This document shows, piece by piece, positions 53,099 through 62,881 of a stretch of DNA of 64,000 nucleotides (positions are counted from its first letter, which is position 1; each line of letters opens with the position of its first letter). Under the pieces are notes generated by a model. It saw nothing but the letters and a program-made list of their open reading frames with translations. It was not told the DNA's origin and did not search any database. The DNA is from a virus: the IMG/VR virus record IMGVR_UViG_3300045988_117450, positions 28,684-92,683 of that record; one strand, written 5' to 3'. The position numbers and the translations under genes were made by a program.

Positions 53099-53109
53099 AA
53101 GGCATATTG

Positions 53110-53580
53110 TTAATAATGATAACTGAATACGTTTCCTATTTTAATGACTGTTCCAGGCTTTAAACCTTGAACCCATTCTATTAGTGTTATTGGGTATTCT
53201 ACAATATATCCCGAATATGAATCAATGTAAAAACGATATGGGTATCCACAAATCCCATATTTTACTGCATTAATAATATTATGTTTAGTCATACTTTTGT
53301 CAGCATTCATTTTATCTACCTCATTTTGTATAGCACGTATCCAGTCTACTTTTATATCCTCTACGTTACCATCGTAGACAATTTCATCATCAATCTCCCC
53401 CTTGTCAAATATTTTACCAAGACAAGGGTCATTTAGTAAATCCTTAATCTCTCTATTTCTGTCACATTCTTGTATTTCTTCCATGTAATCTATAGATGTG
53501 TCATTATAGGAGATTTCCTCATCCATGTATCTCCCTGTATATTTTGACTTTTCTTCTAATTCAAATATTATTCCATTCAT
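53110..53580 (-). CDS. hypothetical protein (156 aa)
   Basis: ORF in the minus block. Confidence 0.45.
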   Translation of the reverse strand: MNGIIFELEEKSKYTGRYMDEEISYNDTSIDYMEEIQECDRNREIKDLLNDPCLGKIFDKGEIDDEIVYDGNVEDIKVDWIRAIQNEVDKMNADKSMTKHNIINAVKYGICGYPYRFYIDSYSGYIVEYPITLIEWVQGLKPGTVIKIGNVFSYHY

Positions 53581-53592
53581 AAAGCATTTTTT

Positions 53593-53952
53593 TTAAATGT
53601 AGTTATATAATTTCTGAATAAAATCACTCATGGCATCAGCATGTTCTCTAAGGTCATACCAATCCATTTTATCAACTTCCCAAGGTCTATTTTCCTTTAT
53701 ATATGGATAAGATATATCGGTGTCTCCTATCTTCAAATTAATCAACTCATCTATTATCGACTCAGGTTTACCGATGATAAAATACCAATACATTTCTCCC
53801 TTATCGTATTCTTCCAATTCGTTATTCCAAAACTCTTCTGACGTCATAGAAGGGCATTCACTTACTAACTTTTCCCAAGCATTACTGTTCTTATTTTTAG
53901 ACCAATATACTTTTTTATTCTGTTCTGTGATAGGAATTTTTGCTATTTTCAT
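53593..53952 (-). CDS. hypothetical protein (119 aa)
   Basis: ORF in the minus block. Confidence 0.45.
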   Translation of the reverse strand: MKIAKIPITEQNKKVYWSKNKNSNAWEKLVSECPSMTSEEFWNNELEEYDKGEMYWYFIIGKPESIIDELINLKIGDTDISYPYIKENRPWEVDKMDWYDLREHADAMSDFIQKLYNYI

Positions 53953-53965
53953 ATTTGCATAAATT

Positions 53966-54379
53966 CTAAAAGAAACTCCAACAATATGTTACGATAAATT
54001 CTCCCATCCCGTATTCAGCAAGCTGCTTAAACGATTCTATTCCATTACAATAATAAAAAACATCATCATTATCATCATCGTTGATACTCAGCGATAGTTT
54101 GATTGTCGTTCTTTTATCGTCTCCTGTCCCTTTCCATACAATCTGACATTCTACGTATTCAGGCTCCCTACCTGTTCTTTCTATAAATTCATGAAACCTT
54201 AAATCAATTTCATGTTTGACTTCTTCAATGTCGGATATTATCACCTCGTTTTCACAATCCCCGCAAATAGCATGCGCGAAAGATCCATCAAAATAATCTA
54301 TTATTTTTCCGGTATTCGGATTTACTATGGCTTCACAGGCAACATTTGTTCCACCACATCTTGTACATATATATCCCAT
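53966..54379 (-). CDS. zinc-ribbon-like hypothetical protein (137 aa)
   Basis: CTRCGG...C...CGDC. Confidence 0.45.
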   Translation of the reverse strand: MGYICTRCGGTNVACEAIVNPNTGKIIDYFDGSFAHAICGDCENEVIISDIEEVKHEIDLRFHEFIERTGREPEYVECQIVWKGTGDDKRTTIKLSLSINDDDNDDVFYYCNGIESFKQLAEYGMGEFIVTYCWSFF

Positions 54380-54381
54380 AA

Positions 54382-54774
54382 TTATCTGTTTTTAAAATGT
54401 TCAATAATTTCATCTACTGTAGCCTTACGCCATGTAATACAGCCCGCGTCTCCCCTGAACCGGAACTCTTCGCATTTTACCCACCTGTCTCCTGTGGCGT
54501 CCGTCACTATCAGCCATTGACCTAAGTCAGTATTATTTGCTAATGCTGCTATAGCCAGAAACATATCATTATTGGTTCCACAATCTATCCATCCTTTATC
54601 CTTCCATGCTCTTGCTGATTTTTCTTGCAATTCCATGTATTTTAATATTTCTGGATTTGTGACTATGCAATTAGCTCCTTTTTCTTTCACCAGCCAACGA
54701 TATCTTAATGATATGAGGCTTTCTCTCAATTCTTTGGTGTTCTTTCTGATAATACACCCTCGTGATCTCCCCAT
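54382..54774 (-). CDS. hypothetical protein (130 aa)
   Basis: ORF in the minus block. Confidence 0.45.
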   Translation of the reverse strand: MGRSRGCIIRKNTKELRESLISLRYRWLVKEKGANCIVTNPEILKYMELQEKSARAWKDKGWIDCGTNNDMFLAIAALANNTDLGQWLIVTDATGDRWVKCEEFRFRGDAGCITWRKATVDEIIEHFKNR

Positions 54775-54778
54775 CTCC

Positions 54779-55621
54779 TTATTCTTTCAAGTTATGTTCT
54801 TCCATTATTTCTTCTATCAATTCGTCTGTTTCCATATAATATCCCCAACAAGAATCAATCTCTTCCCATTCTTCTTCCTCTTCATCCTCCCTGGATTCAT
54901 CTTCGTATTTCTTGACAAATTTCACTTTCTTTTCAAGCACATACCCCTTTACATCTCCCCACATCCACATACCTATGGATTTCACTTCATCATCAATCAA
55001 TTTATCAATTTGGGTTTCCCAATCGGAAGTATTATTACTAACCATTTTTGTGTACCTTTCCTTTGTACAAAAAGCTATACCTTCAATATAATCTCCTTGG
55101 CAATATCCTCTTGTGGACCATTCTTTGACAAATATATCCTTACCTAAGTTTGAAAGAATCTGAATCAATTCTTCTCGTTCCAAGTCTTCTATAAATTCAT
55201 ACGTATAATCATACGTGTAAAGATCTGATGGAGAAATGCTAAAAATTTCTTTATATCCCTTATGTTTAGTGTGTTGGTAATTGTCATACCATTCTAAATA
55301 CCGCATTTTATCATGGTTATCATATCTCATTCGATAACCGTCAATCTTGCCTTTCTTAAAATAATTCAGCAAGTCTTTCCATTCAACATATTCACTAATA
55401 AGTTTATGTAGTGCATCTATAAGTGAGTGTCGGCTATCTCCGTATTTACCAAACACTTCTCTCCAATCGCACACATCTTGCAGTCGAGATAAATCGCTAT
55501 ATTCCCATAAGAAACATGCTGCCATATCCCAACTTTCACAAGGACATGCACTGTCAGTATCATAGTATATTTTTATACGATAATTCCCTACTTCTTTTGT
55601 TGTGATAAGTCCGTCTTCCAT
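54779..55621 (-). CDS. hypothetical protein with an acidic C-terminus (280 aa)
   Basis: ORF in the minus block; EDEEEEEWEE tail. Confidence 0.5.
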   Translation of the reverse strand: MEDGLITTKEVGNYRIKIYYDTDSACPCESWDMAACFLWEYSDLSRLQDVCDWREVFGKYGDSRHSLIDALHKLISEYVEWKDLLNYFKKGKIDGYRMRYDNHDKMRYLEWYDNYQHTKHKGYKEIFSISPSDLYTYDYTYEFIEDLEREELIQILSNLGKDIFVKEWSTRGYCQGDYIEGIAFCTKERYTKMVSNNTSDWETQIDKLIDDEVKSIGMWMWGDVKGYVLEKKVKFVKKYEDESREDEEEEEWEEIDSCWGYYMETDELIEEIMEEHNLKE

Positions 55622-55632
55622 GTCTTTATATT

Positions 55633-56091
55633 TTAAATAGTTCCTAACTTTTTATCAATAAATTCATCTATTTCATCATAGTATGATCCATCAAAATCAC
55701 AATTCCCATATTTCTCTGTAAACTCTTTAGCCCACTCTCGAATGATGTTAAACGCCTGTCCCCTGCTATACCCTTTTGGTCCTGTTAGATACTCCACAGC
55801 TTCCACCGATAACTCTTGTAGATTTCGTAAGTAATTCAAACCTATGCTATATGGTAGCTTACCTACTTCTATACATACATGATGACCTTGTTTAAAGGTA
55901 TCCTGTAAATCTTCCAAACTTTCTATCAATGACTCGGACTCATCATCTACTCTCACCTTGTATAACTCAAAATCTTCATTTTCTGCCGACACCCATATCT
56001 TGTAGGCTTTTTCGTTGGACAATCTTTTCCAAACAAATCCGTCACTGAATACAATTAGGCTACCTGTTACTATCGTATTTTTCATAATCAC
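55633..56091 (-). CDS. hypothetical protein (152 aa)
   Basis: ORF in the minus block. Confidence 0.45.
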   Translation of the reverse strand: MIMKNTIVTGSLIVFSDGFVWKRLSNEKAYKIWVSAENEDFELYKVRVDDESESLIESLEDLQDTFKQGHHVCIEVGKLPYSIGLNYLRNLQELSVEAVEYLTGPKGYSRGQAFNIIREWAKEFTEKYGNCDFDGSYYDEIDEFIDKKLGTI

Positions 56092-56094
56092 TTT

Positions 56095-56409
56095 CTAATC
56101 TGTTACTCTGTAATAATAATCAAGCTCTTCTCCCTTAAAGTTGTTCATGGCATACTCGTCAGCTTCCCGCCACAACCGGTCATACAATGCAGCCAGTTCA
56201 CGATTGCTTTCATAATGCTGCCAGATTTTATGATTCAATACCAGCGTCAATTCTGTAAAGAACTTATAATCGTCTTTCCATTCATTAAACGCTCTTTTGT
56301 AGGTATCTTTGACACCTGCTATACCATACTTGTCGGCTATGCTGAAATCTCCCCAAAAGGTGGTTATTAGGTCATAGCCGTTCTCCTGCATAAATTCTTT
56401 GAATGTCAT
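56095..56409 (-). CDS. hypothetical protein (104 aa)
   Basis: ORF in the minus block. Confidence 0.45.
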   Translation of the reverse strand: MTFKEFMQENGYDLITTFWGDFSIADKYGIAGVKDTYKRAFNEWKDDYKFFTELTLVLNHKIWQHYESNRELAALYDRLWREADEYAMNNFKGEELDYYYRVTD

Positions 56410-56420
56410 AAACTATTATT

Positions 56421-56888
56421 TTAGGTATATAATTGCCTTATCTTATTAATGATCTCTTCCTTAAATTCGTAATACTCATATATACGACCTTTGTAGTCAG
56501 CTATCATTTCTTCAATCTTACTTTCGGATGCCCATAACCCATAATACACATAGCAATCCGATAATCTATCTACTGAAGAAACACCAATCAACATCATTTT
56601 GGAAAATGGATTTCCCTCTTTTTCCAATTCTTCTCTTGCTCTCTCTGTCACCGCATCCCACCATTGCCCTTCACACTTCTCTATCTCTCCGTTGTCAAGT
56701 ACGATATCGAACTTTCTACCTCCGAAAGCTTCTCTTCTCTCATTTCTCTTTGCAAGGAAATCATAGAATATACCTCCTATCCTTCCAATAATGGTATCAT
56801 CTCCGTACTTTGTACTAATTTTATCAGGCATTTCATCGAAGACGAGGTACTTATAGTCTCCTGATTCAACTACGTATAATAAATTCAT
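56421..56888 (-). CDS. hypothetical protein (155 aa)
   Basis: ORF in the minus block. Confidence 0.45.
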   Translation of the reverse strand: MNLLYVVESGDYKYLVFDEMPDKISTKYGDDTIIGRIGGIFYDFLAKRNERREAFGGRKFDIVLDNGEIEKCEGQWWDAVTERAREELEKEGNPFSKMMLIGVSSVDRLSDCYVYYGLWASESKIEEMIADYKGRIYEYYEFKEEIINKIRQLYT

Positions 56889-56899
56889 GATCTATTCCT

Positions 56900-57379
56900 T
56901 TAGATGTAAGTTATGCCGCCAACCTTAATCTGCATTATATCGTTTTCAAGCATAATGAAATTATTTTGTTTTATGGATCCAAATATCAATCCATATACAC
57001 TTACCGTATTAAACAGCCTAACAGTGTGAAAATCTTCATTTAGCTTTACTCTGTTTTTATCCCAATATCCCAAATCGTTGATAGTTATAGGGAATCCTCC
57101 TATGTTGTTATACCTGTAGTAATTGTTTTTATTGAAAACTATTTTCTTTATTAATAGGTTCCCGACGCTTTTCATGTTGAATCCGGACAACTCTATCTGT
57201 TCTGAAATATAATTAATCAAATTATTATGATACGTGTTTGGCTTATCTTCTCTCTTGTCAATGATTTTCTTCCATTTCTTCGTTAGTGGAACCATAATAT
57301 CCATATATGTATTAAATACTACTATGGTGGGACATTCTTCTTCAAACTTAGTTAAATCTTCTACTCTCATAATTATCAA
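56900..57379 (-). CDS. hypothetical protein (159 aa)
   Basis: ORF in the minus block. Confidence 0.45.
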   Translation of the reverse strand: MIIMRVEDLTKFEEECPTIVVFNTYMDIMVPLTKKWKKIIDKREDKPNTYHNNLINYISEQIELSGFNMKSVGNLLIKKIVFNKNNYYRYNNIGGFPITINDLGYWDKNRVKLNEDFHTVRLFNTVSVYGLIFGSIKQNNFIMLENDIMQIKVGGITYI

Positions 57380-57711
57380 ACTTTTGCATTATCATACAAT
57401 TCTCTTGTATATGGACTGTATATTGTTCCAGATTCTACTGCCCCTGGCTCTACGGCCATCAATCCTACACCTACCTCATAATACAATTCAAGGTCTATTG
57501 GCATCATCGCCTCCTTCTTTGCTTCTTCTTCGCTTAAGCCGGAAAGCATCAAACATTCTACTTTGTTTGCATATGCAATAGGAAACCTCTCTGGATCTAA
57601 TCTTACTGAAATTATTTCAGCATCCTCTGCACTATTAAGAACTAACTTATTTTTCATATTTATATTGTTTTCGCTGTTCACTATCTGATTAATATATGGG
57701 CCTGGCCACAA
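57376..57711 (-). CDS. hypothetical protein (111 aa)
   Basis: ORF in the minus block. Confidence 0.45.
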   Translation of the reverse strand: MWPGPYINQIVNSENNINMKNKLVLNSAEDAEIISVRLDPERFPIAYANKVECLMLSGLSEEEAKKEAMMPIDLELYYEVGVGLMAVEPGAVESGTIYSPYTRELYDNAKV

Positions 57712-57748
57712 ACAGCCAGGCTGACCTCATGCCAGGGCGGGCTCCGCC

Positions 57749-57937
57749 TTACTCTGGCTGTTCCACCCACTCCCTGTATCCCACGTTAAAACCAATAGGA
57801 TCATACCTTTTGATCATAGTGCCATAATTCTCTCTACCGCAATACCTGTTCTTTCCTCCAATGATCCATGCCTCATCGTCTCTATCTGGAGATATTGAGT
57901 TAAGATACTTCTCATAATCTTTTCTACTCTTTCCCAT
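57749..57937 (-). CDS. hypothetical protein (62 aa)
   Basis: Followed on the minus strand by the GC-rich hairpin region 57706-57748. Confidence 0.35.
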   Translation of the reverse strand: MGKSRKDYEKYLNSISPDRDDEAWIIGGKNRYCGRENYGTMIKRYDPIGFNVGYREWVEQPE

Positions 57938-58292
57938 CTTTGTCTTGATTTAAGCAATAGTTAATAAAATAAGCAACCTGTTCATTTTCCCCTGGATTGC
58001 TATAATCATAAAAAGTCATATCAGTATAATCCAGCATGACTACACGAAAATCGTTTTTTTTGACATACACTTCCGTTAAATACATAGAATTTCCATCAAT
58101 TTCTATTATCACTGGAAACTGATCATCAAAGTCAAACGCGTTATTAGCTTCTTGCCATTCTTTAAACTCTTTAAATTTTAGCTTTACGCTTCCACCGTTC
58201 TCCGTTAATGCTTCTTTGATGTACTTTAATCTTTTTGCATTCAGATTGACCTCCGCTTCTTCTATTTCTTTATACAATTTATTTAGATCCAT
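57924..58292 (-). CDS. hypothetical protein (122 aa)
   Basis: ORF in the minus block. Confidence 0.45.
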   Translation of the reverse strand: MDLNKLYKEIEEAEVNLNAKRLKYIKEALTENGGSVKLKFKEFKEWQEANNAFDFDDQFPVIIEIDGNSMYLTEVYVKKNDFRVVMLDYTDMTFYDYSNPGENEQVAYFINYCLNQDKDGKE

Positions 58293-58379
58293 ATTCCATT
58301 ATATTTATGTTGTCAAATTTTTCTTTTATAATATCCAAGACACCATACTCGTTTGTTATCATAGCATGCTTTCCCGGCT

Positions 58380-58631
58380 TCATTCCTTTATTCTACTTAT
58401 TTTTAAATTGTTGTTCTTACAGTATTCCTTTAGCCAACTATCCGTTAAATAGCGATTGACTCTATCATATTTCTTTTTCGGACCCTTGCTCCAGAATTTC
58501 CATTCGTTTGTAATATCGTTCCCATATTTATCAAACCAATAGATATAATATACTACGTTACCGTATAAATCCACTTTGTTTCTCTCCTGTATGATTACCT
58601 CGTAAGGCATTTCCTTGTCTCTTTTCTCCAT
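58380..58631 (-). CDS. hypothetical protein (83 aa)
   Basis: ORF in the minus block. Confidence 0.4.
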   Translation of the reverse strand: MEKRDKEMPYEVIIQERNKVDLYGNVVYYIYWFDKYGNDITNEWKFWSKGPKKKYDRVNRYLTDSWLKEYCKNNNLKISRIKE

Positions 58632-58705
58632 CTTTATCCTCCTTTCTTAAAAAAAACGACACCTATCTTCACAGACCAGTGCCGGTAACTAACTTACATG
58701 GAAAA

Positions 58706-59116
58706 CTACTTAACCTCAACTAATTCTACAGAGTTGTAGAATTTAGTGAAGCTACCAACAAATTCTCTTATATTATTGTATTCTTCTGGTCGTTTTCTGT
58801 TACCGTCTTTTACATAATTTACCCACAGTCTATCCTCTATGTTCTTAATCGCATTCTCTATCGTAAATTCGTCGCTGACGCTCATTAAACACGAAGACCC
58901 GGTTTTCTTATGTGGTTTATATATCCTTGAAAAAGACCACATTTTTATTCTATCATATATATATCCGTTGTTGGGATAAACGAATCCTATCCGGCTGTCA
59001 CCTTCTTTGGCGTAAAATACACCCGGCTCCTTTCCGCCCTTTCTATATACCACAAATCCTTTTTCTTTTAGGATCTTAACTACTTTATCTAATTTGTTTT
59101 CTACGTTCATTTTCAT
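58706..59116 (-). CDS. hypothetical protein (136 aa)
   Basis: ORF in the minus block. Confidence 0.45.
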   Translation of the reverse strand: MKMNVENKLDKVVKILKEKGFVVYRKGGKEPGVFYAKEGDSRIGFVYPNNGYIYDRIKMWSFSRIYKPHKKTGSSCLMSVSDEFTIENAIKNIEDRLWVNYVKDGNRKRPEEYNNIREFVGSFTKFYNSVELVEVK

Positions 59117-59567
59117 GCAAAAATTTAAAAACGACCCTCATTATATCTCCAAAGTTCTCCACCTTAACCCACTCATTAGCCACTGCTCTAAGTACAGACG
59201 TTTCGTATGTTGGAACATTGTCTTCTTCAATCATCTTACAGGAAGCCAGAACTCCTTCGGTCGGCTTTAGTCCACGGTCATGCAGCTCGCAGAGACCGTC
59301 TGGCCGGCGGAATGCGCACCACCCGTCTTTCTCTGTCGGCTGGATCATCGCTATTGGTTTTTCCTTCACTGCAAGATACCCTACCATCCACATTGTTTCT
59401 TTTAACCTATCAGCGTATCCGGCATCTATGATAGCCTCTATGTCTTTTGGCGTACCAATACAAGGAACCTTACACATGTTCTTGCATTTATCACATGTAC
59501 AAGGTTGCTCCCATCTATTATGATCTATGCCTACCAACTTCTTTATCCGTTCTACTTCCTCTTTCAT
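59085..59567 (-). CDS. Cys-rich hypothetical protein (160 aa)
   Basis: CTCDKCKNMCKVPC plus further Cys (WCAFRRPDGLCELH); possible metal-binding. Confidence 0.45.
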   Translation of the reverse strand: MKEEVERIKKLVGIDHNRWEQPCTCDKCKNMCKVPCIGTPKDIEAIIDAGYADRLKETMWMVGYLAVKEKPIAMIQPTEKDGWCAFRRPDGLCELHDRGLKPTEGVLASCKMIEEDNVPTYETSVLRAVANEWVKVENFGDIMRVVFKFLHENERRKQIR

Positions 59568-59568
59568 G

Positions 59569-59850
59569 TCACACTTCTTTCGTTAGTTTATCATAATATG
59601 CTTTCAATTCCGGTGAAGCATATTCCATAAATGCCTCAAATAAACATGGTACTTCTACTATCGCGTATATAGCGCACCCTTTCATCGTTGAAAGCTGTTC
59701 AAGATCATTACTGTACAGGCACGTAACATAAGCACCTACATTAAATACATGTAAATCTATCCTTACGTATTCCATACATAAAGATAATGACTTAAACAAA
59801 TCCTTTACATCATTCTTATCAAAGAGTTCTACAAATTCTCTCAATTTCAT
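59569..59850 (-). CDS. hypothetical protein (93 aa)
   Basis: ORF in the minus block. Confidence 0.4.
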   Translation of the reverse strand: MKLREFVELFDKNDVKDLFKSLSLCMEYVRIDLHVFNVGAYVTCLYSNDLEQLSTMKGCAIYAIVEVPCLFEAFMEYASPELKAYYDKLTKEV

Positions 59851-60230
59851 CTTACTACCCTTTCCACGTGTTTAATTAATACTACTGCCATCCCTTTGCC
59901 GGTTTTTATCGCACATTCCGATCCTTTTATCCATTCTACACATCCTACATACTTTTCTGTAGAATGAAAACCTGGATTGTATTTCCCGGATGTACTAAAC
60001 TCTACCGTATCCCCTACCTTCAGATCCTCAAAAGCAATAGCCCATGTGGTCCAAATTCTATCATGTCTTCCAGGCTGAATGGCTCCGATTACGCCTTTCT
60101 TACGACCGTTTTTTATTGCCTTTAGTATTATCTTTCTATCACCTTCAATAAGGCTGCAAAAACGCCCATAAAAGGTCAAATCAACCTGTTTTCCTCCTAT
60201 TTCTTCTCTTATTTTTGTTATTCTGTTCAT
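59847..60230 (-). CDS. hypothetical protein (127 aa)
   Basis: ORF in the minus block. Confidence 0.45.
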   Translation of the reverse strand: MNRITKIREEIGGKQVDLTFYGRFCSLIEGDRKIILKAIKNGRKKGVIGAIQPGRHDRIWTTWAIAFEDLKVGDTVEFSTSGKYNPGFHSTEKYVGCVEWIKGSECAIKTGKGMAVVLIKHVERVVR

Positions 60231-60474
60231 TTTCTGATTTTGTTTTATTTTTTTCTTTGTTTTTTCTATCTTCTATAGAAGATGATAATAACATTATCTT
60301 TTCTATGTTACTTTTTGACTGTAAAAAAGAATCGCATTTCATTACTACTACGATCTTCTTAAGTTCCCCATTATCATACAGCGATACACGCATCATGTTT
60401 TGCGCCTCGTCCACTATCAGACCTGGAGTAGTCTTAGCCATTTTGCGTAGCTTATTATACTCCGGTCTTTCCAT
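60181..60474 (-). CDS. hypothetical protein with a basic C-terminal tail (probably starts at an internal Met)
   Basis: KNKEKNKTKSENEQNNKNKRRNRRK tail. Confidence 0.35.
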   Translation of the reverse strand: MERPEYNKLRKMAKTTPGLIVDEAQNMMRVSLYDNGELKKIVVVMKCDSFLQSKSNIEKIMLLSSSIEDRKNKEKNKTKSENEQNNKNKRRNRRKTG

Positions 60475-60739
60475 TTCCTCTGTTTATTACTCTATAGTAT
60501 TTATCTTTATCTCCCTCTTCCAACTTCTCCAAATAGAAAATTCCATCATGCAAATGAGACAAACAAAACCTGTATCCGTATTTCTGTGTTCTTCTTACAT
60601 GATCCCGCAATCTTATCTCTTCACTTTTGTCTTGTACTTTGATTTTAATACTGTCTCCTTCTTTGATTGTGTATAAAATAGTTTGAATCTCTTCTTTTTT
60701 CATCTTATAAAATATTTTAACGGCAGCACCTATACTCAC
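60455..60739 (-). CDS. hypothetical protein (94 aa)
   Basis: ORF in the minus block. Confidence 0.4.
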   Translation of the reverse strand: MSIGAAVKIFYKMKKEEIQTILYTIKEGDSIKIKVQDKSEEIRLRDHVRRTQKYGYRFCLSHLHDGIFYLEKLEEGDKDKYYRVINRGNGKTGV

Positions 60740-60766
60740 GCACCACTACTGCCTTATGTTTAACAA

Positions 60767-61576
60767 TTAAATACTTAACTCTTCAATGGTCAAGCCTTTT
60801 TCTTTTGCCCATTTTAACATCGAGCATAATTCTGTTTCTGATTTATATTTCGGATCACGCCACGCCCATCCGAATTTATCCAGGACATGATGATATAATT
60901 CGTCGGCCTTCGCTGTGTAAACGTCTTTGAATAAATATTCCGAACCTTCTGGTATAAGTGTTTCTATTGTTGCAAAATCAGAATACGACAAACATTCGTA
61001 AGCATGTCCTGTTATATCATTCCACGCTTTTTCGGCTTCAAATCCAAATTCTTTTACAAAAGCCAAAATTAGATACATATTTAATAATATTGTTACATCA
61101 TATCCCGAATCCGACTTCTTTTCTATTATTTCCTTTTCAAATTCCTTTAAATCATCAGGTCCTAAAAAGATGTATCCTGATACTGACCGATTATTGGCTT
61201 CCGCATACTTCTTGCATTTATCATCATTGACAATCTTACCAATGTTAGATAACATCTTTTGCCTCCATTCATCACAAAATTCTACCTCCACATTCATCCA
61301 ATCAGTATAATAATTGTATTCTCTCGGATGTCCGACCGATGTTACCTTTATGTTATTCACGCCATATCCGTAAAGGCGTTCACTTACCTCATTCGCCCAT
61401 TCCTGTACAAAAGGAATAAACTTATTGCAATAAGAATCAAAATCAAAATCCGATTCTTCCTCATATTCCGGCATCTCTTCATAATCCTGTTCAAAGAAAT
61501 AGCGAGGATCTGCTATTGTTTCATAGAAACTTACGTTAATGAAACAAAACTCGTTGGTTGTCGTTTTTAATATCAT
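60767..61576 (-). CDS. hypothetical protein (269 aa)
   Basis: ORF in the minus block. Confidence 0.5.
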   Translation of the reverse strand: MILKTTTNEFCFINVSFYETIADPRYFFEQDYEEMPEYEEESDFDFDSYCNKFIPFVQEWANEVSERLYGYGVNNIKVTSVGHPREYNYYTDWMNVEVEFCDEWRQKMLSNIGKIVNDDKCKKYAEANNRSVSGYIFLGPDDLKEFEKEIIEKKSDSGYDVTILLNMYLILAFVKEFGFEAEKAWNDITGHAYECLSYSDFATIETLIPEGSEYLFKDVYTAKADELYHHVLDKFGWAWRDPKYKSETELCSMLKWAKEKGLTIEELSI

Positions 61577-61827
61577 AGCTTTTTGTATTTACGTACATTT
61601 TTCTTGCCATAGAATCTACACATGGCACGAATCTGACTATAAAATACTTTTGTCCTCCTGGCCTCAAAGTATTTAAACATCTCTTCATTCCCTGTTTCCC
61701 ACACGTAATCCGTTTGAGAACTCATGCGATCTTTCTCCTTGCGTGAATAATGGTAATATGATACCACAACACGTTTCATACCATTCTTTACAGGTACGAT
61801 ATTTACGTCTATACTATTCTCTGTCAT
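61573..61827 (-). CDS. hypothetical protein (84 aa)
   Basis: Start overlaps the downstream stop. Confidence 0.4.
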   Translation of the reverse strand: MTENSIDVNIVPVKNGMKRVVVSYYHYSRKEKDRMSSQTDYVWETGNEEMFKYFEARRTKVFYSQIRAMCRFYGKKNVRKYKKL

Positions 61828-61936
61828 ATTATTATTGTTTTATGCATTATACAAATACAAAGAGCGCATACCTTCACAGGCCGGCGCTCCTTTCAATAAA
61901 AATGAAAAAACTAACATTAACATAAAAATACGTTTT

Positions 61937-62164
61937 CTACTTCTTATGTTTTAATCTTTTAATAGCATCCTTTCTTGAGTATGCCATTACTTTAGTACCA
62001 TTAATATCAAATTCTTTTTCTGTTCTGACAATCTTTTCTCTTCTATATGTAGATTGCATTCCTTTTCCCCTTTTAGTATTTAGCACAAAGGCATCATCTC
62101 CGCACATTGCAGCTAATATCATAGGGAGCAACAGACCTCTGTATTTCATATTTTTCCTCCGCAA
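61937..62164 (-). CDS. small secreted or lipoprotein-like basic protein (75 aa)
   Basis: N-terminal signal-like GLLLPMILAAMCG. Confidence 0.4.
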   Translation of the reverse strand: MRRKNMKYRGLLLPMILAAMCGDDAFVLNTKRGKGMQSTYRREKIVRTEKEFDINGTKVMAYSRKDAIKRLKHKK

Positions 62165-62376
62165 TTATTATATCTACCATATTCGTTTCTTCCATCATTC
62201 CGTATTTCAAAAATCATCTTCTTATGATCTTTGCCTGGTAACTTATCCTTAACAGCCGATATTACACCAGCTATAGACGTAAAGCCTGAATCCGTTATTG
62301 AACATAGTAATAATCCCCTGTCATCGCTGGTGCTTATCGCTGACGCCTTTATAATATCATTCTTATATATTCTCAT
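62146..62376 (-). CDS. hypothetical protein (76 aa)
   Basis: ORF in the minus block. Confidence 0.4.
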   Translation of the reverse strand: MRIYKNDIIKASAISTSDDRGLLLCSITDSGFTSIAGVISAVKDKLPGKDHKKMIFEIRNDGRNEYGRYNNCGGKI

Positions 62377-62397
62377 AACTTTTTTGTTTTATTGTTT

Positions 62398-62495
62398 GTG
62401 AGATGCCCAGAATCGAACCAGGACCGGTACATACATGCCGGCACGCCGCGTCATCCCCCTATATGATACAGAAATAGGCATGCCTATCCTCACGA
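62398..62495 (-). ncRNA. tRNA-like 3' fragment A: T-arm (CCTGG-TTCGATT-CTGGG) plus acceptor-stem 3' strand CATCTCA, inside a GC-rich intergenic element; no matching 5' half located
   Basis: Plus strand reads TGAGATG-CCCAG-AATCGAA-CCAGG (62399-62422), the reverse complement of a canonical T-loop with the G53/C61 pair; the complementary 5' acceptor strand TGAGATG is absent within 130 nt. Confidence 0.4.
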
Positions 62496-62552
62496 ACCGA
62501 CATGCCAAAACCCAAAACTTAATTTGATGAATAAAATAGATTAACAAAAATA

Positions 62553-62867
62553 CTATTCTAATTCTTTTATAATATCTTTCACAATATTCAGCCTTACCTC
62601 CTTCGTTTCTGGACTAAGACAACCAAACCACCCATAAAACGTTCTTGTTTCCTCTGGTTCTGTGGCCATACTTATCTTCTCCTCCAATTCCGGGAAATAT
62701 ATTCTCACCATTTCGTCTGAACGAAACTCATAGATATTTTTATGTGTTTTGAAATACATAAACACTACATTTCTTAACGCAACACATATGTATTCCCCAT
62801 CCTCTAACCTATCAATCATCTCATATACCTTTTCCCATATGAATAATCGCTCTTCTTTTGTAAACAT
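62553..62867 (-). CDS. hypothetical protein (104 aa)
   Basis: ORF in the minus block. Confidence 0.45.
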   Translation of the reverse strand: MFTKEERLFIWEKVYEMIDRLEDGEYICVALRNVVFMYFKTHKNIYEFRSDEMVRIYFPELEEKISMATEPEETRTFYGWFGCLSPETKEVRLNIVKDIIKELE

Positions 62868-62881
62868 ATCCTTCTTTATTT

